Part shown: positions 1 to 6,936 of the stretch, piece by piece
Numbering within the stretch: position 1 is the first letter of the stretch
Layout of the letters: each line of letters begins with the position of its first letter
Assembly (NCBI GenBank): GCA_025057715.1
Contig: JANWVD010000007.1
Location: 1-14,447 of the forward strand
DNA: 14,447 nucleotides
Direction: 5' to 3'
Origin: Aquificaceae bacterium
GTDB lineage: Bacteria; Aquificota; Aquificia; Aquificales; Aquificaceae
Position numbers and translations under genes: made by a program
The notes under the pieces: generated by a model
What the model was told of the DNA's origin: nothing
The model's database searches: none
The model's input: only the letters and a program-made list of their open reading frames with translations

Positions 1-41
1 CCAAACCTTCCAAGCCCTATAACGCCAAAGACCTTTTTCAT
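1..41 (-). CDS. N-terminal fragment (first 13 codons plus part of the next) of a TrkA/KtrA-type K+ uptake regulatory subunit with an NAD-binding Rossmann start; continues beyond the window
   Basis: Reverse complement of 1..41 reads ATG AAA AAG GTC TTT GGC GTT ATA GGG CTT GGA AGG TTT GG, i.e. MKKVFGVIGLGRFG. The GxGxxG motif follows a beta-strand as in TrkA_N/KtrA. The ATG at 41..39 overlaps the TGA at 40..38 of the upstream trkH-like ORF (ATGA coupling). Confidence 0.6.
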   Translation of the reverse strand, partial: MKKVFGVIGLGRF

Positions 42-1387
42 ATCAAAAGCCTTGCTTCGGGGAGCTTTACAGAGCTGCGCCTTTCTTTACCTAAAAGAGC
101 GAGCATAAAACTAAGCACGCCTACCCTCCCAACTATCATTGTAAGAACTATAAGACCCTTACCAAATGGCGAAAAATCTGCAGAAAGACTAAGGCCTTGA
201 GGATTTCCAATAGAGAGACCAACGGTAGCAAAAGCAGATACCGTTTCAAAAAGCGCGGGCAAGAGCCTTATACCCTCAATCTCCGCCAAAGCCATAGATA
301 CGAAGGTGCAATAGGCAAAGGCAAGGCTTAGTATTACCATGGCTCTATGCACCTGAGCGTCAATAAGCCTCCTGCCAAAGGCAGTCACCTCGTGCTTCCC
401 TTTTAGATAAGAAAAAACCGTAAGAAAAACAACGGTGGCAGTTATTGTCTTTATACCACCGCCCGTCCCACCGGGGGAAGCGCCTATGAACATCAGGTTA
501 ACAAGCACAAACTGAGAAGCCTCAGAAAGCTTTGAAATGTCTAAAGTGTTAAAACCAGCAGTTCTTGCGGATATGCTATGGAAAAGGCTTGCTATAAATT
601 TTTCTTTAAGAGAGAGGTCTTTAAAACTCCATAAATCGATAATAAGCAAGAAAAAACCGGCAAAGATAAGCATGGTAGACGAGGTTAAAGCAAGCTTGGT
701 ATGTGTAGATAACCTCTTTACCTCACCTCTTATATAAAGAAGAAGTTCGTAAATTACATAAAATCCAATGCCTCCAAGGATTATAAGGAAGCTAATTACT
801 AAATTTACCCAAATACTTGCCCTAAAATTTATAAGATTACTCGAAAATGTGGAAAATCCAGCGTTATTAAAGGCGGATACAGAGTGGAAGAGGCTCGAAA
901 AAAGGGCTTCATCTAACTTTCCTATGTGGAATAAAAACGAAGGAAAAAGAGCCAGAGTCCCCAAGAGCTCTATTAGAAACACGATTGGTATTATTCTTTT
1001 GAGAAACCTTACAAGCCCGTAAATACCGGGATAATTAAAAGATTCAGCCAGTATAAGCCTATCTCTTAGGCTTAATTTTTTTCTAAGCACTACGAGAAAG
1101 TAAGTGGTGATGGTCATATAGCCTAATCCCCCAAGCTGGATAAGTATTAAAATCACGAGCTTACCAAAAAAGGTAAAATCCTTTTCTGTGTCTAAAGTAG
1201 TCAAGCCAGTAACAGTTGTGGCAGAAGTAGCAGTGAATAAGGCGTCTAAATAGCTAATGCGTTTGGTGGTTGAAAAGGGCATATAAAGCAAGAAAGAGCC
1301 AAGAATTATTATAGCTATGTGAGACAGGAGAAGTATCCTATAGGGAGTTAACTCAAATAGCCGATAAAGCAAGGAAATGCGTCTCAT
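38..1387 (-). CDS. trkH: TrkH/KtrB-family K+ transporter membrane subunit, 449 aa
   Basis: The 449-aa ORF is very hydrophobic with repeated membrane-pore-membrane units. Glycine-containing selectivity-filter-like loops (TTVTGLTT, QLGGLGY, GASPGGTGGGIKT, ATVGLS) are typical of the TrkH/KtrB superfamily. It is translationally coupled to the downstream trkA-like start. Confidence 0.85.
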   Translation of the reverse strand: MRRISLLYRLFELTPYRILLLSHIAIIILGSFLLYMPFSTTKRISYLDALFTATSATTVTGLTTLDTEKDFTFFGKLVILILIQLGGLGYMTITTYFLVVLRKKLSLRDRLILAESFNYPGIYGLVRFLKRIIPIVFLIELLGTLALFPSFLFHIGKLDEALFSSLFHSVSAFNNAGFSTFSSNLINFRASIWVNLVISFLIILGGIGFYVIYELLLYIRGEVKRLSTHTKLALTSSTMLIFAGFFLLIIDLWSFKDLSLKEKFIASLFHSISARTAGFNTLDISKLSEASQFVLVNLMFIGASPGGTGGGIKTITATVVFLTVFSYLKGKHEVTAFGRRLIDAQVHRAMVILSLAFAYCTFVSMALAEIEGIRLLPALFETVSAFATVGLSIGNPQGLSLSADFSPFGKGLIVLTMIVGRVGVLSFMLALLGKERRSSVKLPEARLLI

Positions 1388-1553
1388 GGTTAACTTAAAA
1401 GGTCTCTTTCAAAGATGTTAAATCGTTTTCTGGGTAGGCTTTTAAAAAGCACCATTTAAGAGAATAACAAAATAAAAAACATTTATAGGTCAATAAATAA
1501 CTGTATCGTAAAGACGGATAGCGCTTATTTATATTTACGTCAGAAGGAGGTTA
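1388..1553. promoter_or_regulatory. AT-rich divergent control region between trkH (-) and the sulfide dehydrogenase operon (+); probably holds both promoters
   Basis: A 166-nt non-coding stretch, far more AT-rich than the flanking genes. Several TATA-like hexamers are present (TTTATA, TATATT). A GAAGGAGG Shine-Dalgarno sits at 1543..1550, 6 nt before the ATG at 1557. I could not place -35/-10 boxes with confidence. Confidence 0.3.
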
Positions 1554-1556
1554 TTG

Positions 1557-2888
1557 ATGATAAGCAGAAGAGACCTACTACTATCAATTGGCGCCGGGGG
1601 TGCACTTTTAGGAACGTCGCGGTCTTCCTTTGCTGCAGCAGAGCGGGTTGGCAAGATGGAGGCAATGTTGCCGCCTGCCAAAGGAAATAGGGTCGTAATT
1701 TGTGGCGGCGGATGGGCAGGTCTGACAGTTGCAAAATACCTAAGGCGGGAAAATCAGAACATAGAGGTCGTGTTAATTGAGAGAAACCCGAGCTTCTTCT
1801 CTTGCCCTATCTCAAACCCGTGGCTTGCGGACTTGGTGAATTTAGAATTTTTGATGCACGATTATAACCAGCCTGCAAGCAAGTATGGCTATAGATTTAT
1901 CAATCAGCCTGTAGTTGGTATAGAAAGAGACAGAAAAAGGGTCTATACCCCGCAAGGGTATATAGATTATACGTTTCTTGTTATCGCCTCTGGGATAAGG
2001 TATAACTACGCACCTTGGTTTGGGGAAGATAAAGACCTTGCAAGGCAGGCAAAGCTAAATTACCCGGGTGCTATGATTCCGGGCTCTGAGCACTTGGCTT
2101 TGAAGCGTAAAATCAAGGACTTTGAAGAAGGCGAGTTTGTTATGACTGTTCCCCCAGGGCTATATAGATGCCCGCCAGCGCCATACGAAAGAGCTTGCAT
2201 GATAGCAGAGGTATTTAGACGCAATAAAGTAAAGGGTAAGATAATAATCTTAGACCCAAAAGAGGACATTGCACCAAAAGGACCTGGCTTTCGCGCAGCT
2301 TTTGAACAGGTTTACCTGGGCATGATTGAGTATGTGCCAAGGGCGACCGTTAGGGAAGTGGACTTGGCAGGAAAGGTGATAAAAACAACGGCAGGGGATT
2401 TTAAATTCAAGGATGCTAACTTGATACCGCCTCAGCAAGCAAACGACCTTGTTTGGATGGCAGACCTTATAGCAAAAGATAAAGAAGGCAAGCCCACGGG
2501 CTGGGCAGACCAAGACCCACTTACATTTCAAGCGAAAGCAGACCCGAATGTCTTTTTGGTTGGGGATGTTATATCGCCAGCGCTCGGGGTGACATATCCA
2601 AAAAGCGGACATCAAGCAAACGCGCAAGGGAAAATAGTTGCTAAATTTATAGCAGGTAGGATTGCCGGGAAAGAGCCAAAGCCCGGAAGCTTGATGCCAG
2701 ATAACACTTGCTACTCAATGGTCAATGGCTCCCCACAAGAGGCGATAGTTATTAATGTAAGCTACGAATATAGCGAAAGTGAAAAGAAAATTACCCCGAA
2801 GGCAAGAACAATAAACGACCGCTCAGAAGCGCTTGCTAAAGCGACATACGAATGGGCAAGGGCGATATATCGTGATATGTTTATATAG
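1557..2888 (+). CDS. fccB: Tat-exported FAD-dependent sulfide dehydrogenase flavoprotein (flavocytochrome c sulfide dehydrogenase FccB/SoxF family), 443 aa
   Basis: Twin-arginine signal (SRRDLLLSIGAGGALLG...AAA). A GxGxxG dinucleotide fold (VVICGGGWAG). FSCPISNPW, GLYRCPPAPYERA and NTCYSMV motifs match the FCSD/SQR covalent-FAD cysteine and redox-cysteine regions. A second FAD/NAD motif (VFLVGDV) is present. The SD GGAGG sits 6 nt upstream. The ORF track starts at the TTG at 1554; the ATG at 1557 is better placed relative to the SD. Confidence 0.8.
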   Translation: MISRRDLLLSIGAGGALLGTSRSSFAAAERVGKMEAMLPPAKGNRVVICGGGWAGLTVAKYLRRENQNIEVVLIERNPSFFSCPISNPWLADLVNLEFLMHDYNQPASKYGYRFINQPVVGIERDRKRVYTPQGYIDYTFLVIASGIRYNYAPWFGEDKDLARQAKLNYPGAMIPGSEHLALKRKIKDFEEGEFVMTVPPGLYRCPPAPYERACMIAEVFRRNKVKGKIIILDPKEDIAPKGPGFRAAFEQVYLGMIEYVPRATVREVDLAGKVIKTTAGDFKFKDANLIPPQQANDLVWMADLIAKDKEGKPTGWADQDPLTFQAKADPNVFLVGDVISPALGVTYPKSGHQANAQGKIVAKFIAGRIAGKEPKPGSLMPDNTCYSMVNGSPQEAIVINVSYEYSESEKKITPKARTINDRSEALAKATYEWARAIYRDMFI

Positions 2889-2897
2889 GAGGTTTTA

Positions 2898-3614
2898 ATG
2901 GACAGACGCGACTTTGTGAGAGCTTGTGCTACTACTGCTTTAGCTTGCGCTATTGACCCAAGCGTCTTTTCAAAAGCCATTGCTCAGACGCAAGGGATGG
3001 TCAAAACCTTCTCGCGCGCCCCTTTGCTAACTCAAGATGGAAAGCCCCTAAGAGAATCCCAGATTCAACCGCATAAAAACTACATCTTCTTTTACCCTTA
3101 TGTCTCTACCCCATGCTTTCTTATAAACCTTGGCGAGGAGGTTTCAGCTCAAGAGGTTAAGCTAAAATCAGGTCAAAGTTATCGCTGGCCGGGTGGAGTT
3201 GGGTCTAAGAAGTCCATTGTTGCCTATTCTGCAATTTGTGCACATCAATGGAGCTATCCGACGAAGCAATACTCTTTTATAAACTACTATCCACCTAATA
3301 AGCCCTCTGATACAACAAAGAGGGCAGGCATCATTCAATGCTGTGCTCATCTTGCCCTTTATGACCCAAAAGCCGGCGGGGCAATACTCGACGGTCCAGC
3401 AGAGGCTCCTCTTGCTGCAATCTTACTCGAAGAAAAAGACGGGCAAATCTTTGCAACTGGCGTAATTGGCAGAGACCAATTTAACGAATTTTTTGAAAAT
3501 GCCAAGCAAGAGCTAAGGCAGCAGTATGGCTCAAGCGCAAAGGCGCGTGAGCAAGTCGATAAGTGCGTAGTTCAAGAGATAGAAAAATACGTTCAATCGG
3601 TCGTTATGTGCTAA
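2898..3614 (+). CDS. Tat-exported Rieske [2Fe-2S] domain protein, 238 aa, probable electron-transfer partner subunit of the upstream flavoprotein
   Basis: Twin-arginine signal (MDRRDFVRACATTALACA). Rieske box I C-A-H (ICAHQW), and box II C-C-A-H followed by the Rieske signature (CCAHLALYDPKAGGAILDGPAEAPL, compare CPCHGSxYD...GPAP.PL). The SD TAGGAGG is 5 nt upstream. It starts 9 nt after the fccB stop, so the two are co-transcribed. Confidence 0.75.
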   Translation: MDRRDFVRACATTALACAIDPSVFSKAIAQTQGMVKTFSRAPLLTQDGKPLRESQIQPHKNYIFFYPYVSTPCFLINLGEEVSAQEVKLKSGQSYRWPGGVGSKKSIVAYSAICAHQWSYPTKQYSFINYYPPNKPSDTTKRAGIIQCCAHLALYDPKAGGAILDGPAEAPLAAILLEEKDGQIFATGVIGRDQFNEFFENAKQELRQQYGSSAKAREQVDKCVVQEIEKYVQSVVMC

Positions 3615-4983
3615 ATGACTCAAAAGCCCAATTGATTAAACTCTCAGCCCTTTCTGGGCTGGGGGCTTCAGAATAGAGTCTTATTAGGGGTTCTGTCCCC
3701 GAGGCTCTCATTAAAAGCCAGCTTCCATCTTCAAAGCTCAGCTTTAAACCATCGTCTGTTCTTACATTTAAGGTTTTTATGCCGCCAATTTCCTCTGGCG
3801 GGTTTTCCCTTAGGGATTTAAGAAGCTCTTTTTTAGGTTCGCTTACCTTAAGGTCTTGACGCTTATAAAACACCTTTCCGTAAAGTTTATAGATATTTTC
3901 AATAATTTTAGATAGCGGCTCTTGCGCGTAAGAGATTAGCTCGAGAATGCTTATGCCAGAGAAAAGACCATCTCGCTCGGGAAGAAAGTCAATAATGCCA
4001 TAGCCGCCGCTCTCTTCGCCACCAAATAGAACCTTTTCACGCAAAACAACATCATTGACATTTTTAAAACCAACCGGGACCTCGTAAAGAGTGATGTTTT
4101 CCTCTTTGCAAATGCGGTCGACCAAGGCGGTCGTTGAAACAGTTTTTACAACAGCGCCGTCTTTTAAGCCTTTGACTTTGATAAGATAGTAAAGAATCAA
4201 AACATAGACAAGCTGGGAATTTACGAAATTGCCGTTTTCGTCAATTAGTGAGAGTCTATCGCCATCGCCGTCGTTGGCAATCCCGACTTGGGCATTTAGA
4301 GCTCTAACCTTTTCGGAAAGAATTCTAAGATGCTTTTCAATAGGCTCTGGCGCATGGTTGCCAAAAAGCGGGTCTCTGAAAGAGCGAAGGGGGATGACCT
4401 GAATCTTAGTGCCAGATAAAACAGTGCTAAAAAGCCCAGCAGAGCTGCCATACATGGCATCGTGAATTGCTAAAAGCTCGCTTTGGGACAGAAGCTCAAA
4501 GTTTATTTTGCTCTTTACTACCCTTACGTATTCCCCCCAAACATTGATAGGCTCGGGCTCAAAGTCCTTAGGCTGGATTTCTGAAGCGTTTGAGAGCTCT
4601 GATTCAACTCTTGAGATAAAATCCGATGTGGCAGAGCCACCAAAGGAGTCTTTGATTTTATAGCCGTTATACTCAGGTGGGTTATGAGATGCGGTTATCA
4701 TAACGCCATTGTCAAAGCCCATATACTTGACTGCGAAAGAGACCATAGGGGTAGTGCAGGGTTTGTTTGTTAAATGTGCATCAAGACCGAGGGTTTTCAT
4801 CACTTTGAAAACTTCAAGGGCAAAGTGTTCTGACATAAAGCGATTGTCATAGCCAATAATTACTCGCTTTTTACCCTCTTTTAGCAAGACCTGAGAGTGT
4901 GCGAATGCAACCTTTCTTAGATTAGAGAAGGTAAAATCCTTGCCAATTATCGCACGCCAGCCGTCTGTTCCAAACTTTATCAT
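3604..4983 (-). CDS. Phosphomannomutase/phosphoglucomutase (alpha-D-phosphohexomutase), 459 aa
   Basis: FGTDGWRA N-terminal motif. Active-site TASHNPPEYNGYK (phosphoserine loop). A GDGDGDR-like metal-binding loop (NDGDGDRL). A GEESGG sugar-binding loop. A RASGTEPLIRLY phosphate-binding C-terminal motif. Confidence 0.9.
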   Translation of the reverse strand: MIKFGTDGWRAIIGKDFTFSNLRKVAFAHSQVLLKEGKKRVIIGYDNRFMSEHFALEVFKVMKTLGLDAHLTNKPCTTPMVSFAVKYMGFDNGVMITASHNPPEYNGYKIKDSFGGSATSDFISRVESELSNASEIQPKDFEPEPINVWGEYVRVVKSKINFELLSQSELLAIHDAMYGSSAGLFSTVLSGTKIQVIPLRSFRDPLFGNHAPEPIEKHLRILSEKVRALNAQVGIANDGDGDRLSLIDENGNFVNSQLVYVLILYYLIKVKGLKDGAVVKTVSTTALVDRICKEENITLYEVPVGFKNVNDVVLREKVLFGGEESGGYGIIDFLPERDGLFSGISILELISYAQEPLSKIIENIYKLYGKVFYKRQDLKVSEPKKELLKSLRENPPEEIGGIKTLNVRTDDGLKLSFEDGSWLLMRASGTEPLIRLYSEAPSPERAESLINWAFESFST

Positions 4984-4985
4984 CT

Positions 4986-5819
4986 TTACCTTTGAGCGCC
5001 TTGTGGGATATTGACTATTGGCATCATTTTTGTATCATAGGGCAATATTATTATTGCGTTATTTTGGCTTTTTGCATATTCTTGGATGTTTTCCACAAAC
5101 TTCCACATTAGATATTCCCTCGTTAAAGAGCCTGAGATGATTTTGTTTGCTTCTGCTATACCCTCTGCTTCAACCTTTTTGCGCTCGGCTTCTAACTTTT
5201 CGCGCTCGAGCAAAAATTGCATGCGCTGAGCCTCTTCGTAGGCTCTTCTTTTTTGTTCTATTGCTTCAACGACGCTCCTTGGAAGCCTTATGTCGCGAAT
5301 AAGAACATCCTCTAAGTTTATATACCTTTTTGCAACTTGAGAGCTCACCTCTTGCTTTATCTGGGCTTGGAGCTTTGGTCTTTCTTGATAAACAATTGAG
5401 CTTTCCATTTGGGCTATGGCGTCGCGCACTGCAGTTCTAACGACTTGCTTGATAATCTTATCTTCGTAATCAGGTCCGTATTCTTTTAAAAGTCTTGGGG
5501 CTTTGTTACCGTCTATCCTATATAAAACCGCCACATCCATCTCCACAGGTAGTCCGTCTTTTGAGAGGGCGCTAATTGGGTTTTGCTTATCTCTTATAAA
5601 CTCAACTGCGCGGGTGCGAACCTCGAGCTTTTCCACGCTTTGGACAATTGGCATGATGATATGGATGCCCTCCTCGAGCGGCTTTGGGCTAATTTTCCCG
5701 AAGGTTTTTTTAACGCCCACAAAGCCGGATTGAATGATGACGAAGGGGTTAAAAATTAAAAGCAAGATAAACGCAAAAAACAAAGCCACTGGAACAACAA
5801 AAATTTTCTTCGCCACCAT
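4986..5819 (-). CDS. SPFH/band-7 (prohibitin/HflC-like) membrane protein, 277 aa
   Basis: A single N-terminal transmembrane helix (IFVVPVALFFAFILLLIF), then a PHB-domain-like region and a long coiled-coil E/K/R-rich C-terminal half (EAIEQKRRAYEEAQRMQFLLEREKLEAERKKVEAEG). The stop lies 2 nt from the PMM start, so an operon is likely. Confidence 0.75.
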   Translation of the reverse strand: MVAKKIFVVPVALFFAFILLLIFNPFVIIQSGFVGVKKTFGKISPKPLEEGIHIIMPIVQSVEKLEVRTRAVEFIRDKQNPISALSKDGLPVEMDVAVLYRIDGNKAPRLLKEYGPDYEDKIIKQVVRTAVRDAIAQMESSIVYQERPKLQAQIKQEVSSQVAKRYINLEDVLIRDIRLPRSVVEAIEQKRRAYEEAQRMQFLLEREKLEAERKKVEAEGIAEANKIISGSLTREYLMWKFVENIQEYAKSQNNAIIILPYDTKMMPIVNIPQGAQR

Positions 5820-5862
5820 ATGAGTGATGATTATACAAAGGGAATGTTAAACTATAGTTTAA

Positions 5863-6936
5863 ATGGGCTTTAAGGTAGCAATTCTGGAAGGTGATGGCAT
5901 AGGTCCGGAGGTAGTAAACTGCGCAAGAAAGGTGCTTGAGGCAATCTCAAAAATCTTTAACATTGAGCTCAGCTTTGAGTATGGGCTTATAGGCGGGGCG
6001 GCGATAGATAAGTTTTCCAAGCCTTTGCCAGAAGAGACCTTAAGCCTTTGCAAAGAATCAAGCGCTATTTTGCTTGGGGCAGTAGGCGGTCCAAAGTGGG
6101 ATAGCTTACCCACAAATATGCGCCCAGAAGCTGGGCTTTTGGCTCTTAGGAAAGAGCTAGATTTATATGCAAACCTAAGACCGGTCAAAGTCTTTAGCGA
6201 GCTATCTGACAGCTCTCCAATAAAGAACATCGATGGCGTTGACATATTAATTATCAGAGAGCTCACTGGCGATGCTTACTTTGGGGAGCCAAGAGGGATA
6301 TTTGAAAAAGATGGGGAGCTATTTGGGGTAAATACAATGCAATATAGCCAGTCGCAAATTAAAAGAGTGGCGAAATTTGCCTTTGAGGTTGCAAAAAGTA
6401 GGAAGAAGAAGCTAACCAGCGTTGATAAAGCGAATGTTTTGGAAGTTAGTGCGCTTTGGAGGAAGGTAGTAAGCGAGGTTGCAAAGGATTATCCAGAGAT
6501 TGAGCTTGAGCATCTTTATGTTGATAATTGTGCAATTCAGCTAATTAAAAGACCAAAGAGCTTTGATGTTTTGCTAACTGGGAACATATTTGGGGACATT
6601 CTTTCAGACGAAGCTGGGGCGCTTAGCGCGAGTCTTGGGATGCTGCCCTCTGCAAGTATAGGGAGCTCTTACGCACTTTATGAGCCTATCCATGGCTCTG
6701 CGCCGGATATTGCTGGTAAAGGCGTTGCAAACCCGATTGCGACCGTTCTTTCAGTTGGCATGATGCTTGAGTATAGCTTTAAAAACAAGAAAGCCGCAAA
6801 GCTCGTAGAAGAAGCGGTCTCAAAAGCGCTAAAGGCAGGGGTTTTTACGCCAGATATCTGTCCAGAGGGTAAAAAACCATCTACGACAGATGAGATGTGT
6901 AATGCAATAATTAAGGCTTTGGAGGAAGGGGGTTGA
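5863..6936 (+). CDS. leuB: 3-isopropylmalate dehydrogenase, 357 aa
   Basis: VAILEGDGIGPEV N-terminus, LLGAVGGPKWD, the NLRP loop and GSAPDIAGKGVANP C-terminal motifs of the beta-decarboxylating dehydrogenase family. Length and LLGAVGGPKWD favour LeuB over ICDH. Confidence 0.8.
   Translation: MGFKVAILEGDGIGPEVVNCARKVLEAISKIFNIELSFEYGLIGGAAIDKFSKPLPEETLSLCKESSAILLGAVGGPKWDSLPTNMRPEAGLLALRKELDLYANLRPVKVFSELSDSSPIKNIDGVDILIIRELTGDAYFGEPRGIFEKDGELFGVNTMQYSQSQIKRVAKFAFEVAKSRKKKLTSVDKANVLEVSALWRKVVSEVAKDYPEIELEHLYVDNCAIQLIKRPKSFDVLLTGNIFGDILSDEAGALSASLGMLPSASIGSSYALYEPIHGSAPDIAGKGVANPIATVLSVGMMLEYSFKNKKAAKLVEEAVSKALKAGVFTPDICPEGKKPSTTDEMCNAIIKALEEGG

Noticed and set aside
537-1022. Plus-strand ORFs of 66 and 84 aa inside trkH
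   Set aside because: They are antisense to a well-supported membrane-protein gene, K/R/L-rich with no motifs. Spurious.
1388-1553. Possible c-di-AMP (ydaO-type) or other riboswitch upstream of the K+ transporter genes
   Set aside because: The region is extremely AT-rich, without the conserved GC-rich helices and pseudoknot segments of ydaO. It faces trkH from the 5' side only as DNA, and it is short.
1540-3350. Minus-strand ORFs (64, 69, 125, 72 and 60 aa) within fccB and the Rieske gene
   Set aside because: They are entirely antisense to strongly supported CDSs, with Cys/Arg-rich shadow-frame composition.
5503-6266. ORFs of 76 aa (+) and 135 aa (-) overlapping the SPFH gene and leuB
   Set aside because: Antisense shadow ORFs with serine/proline/leucine-rich low-complexity translations.
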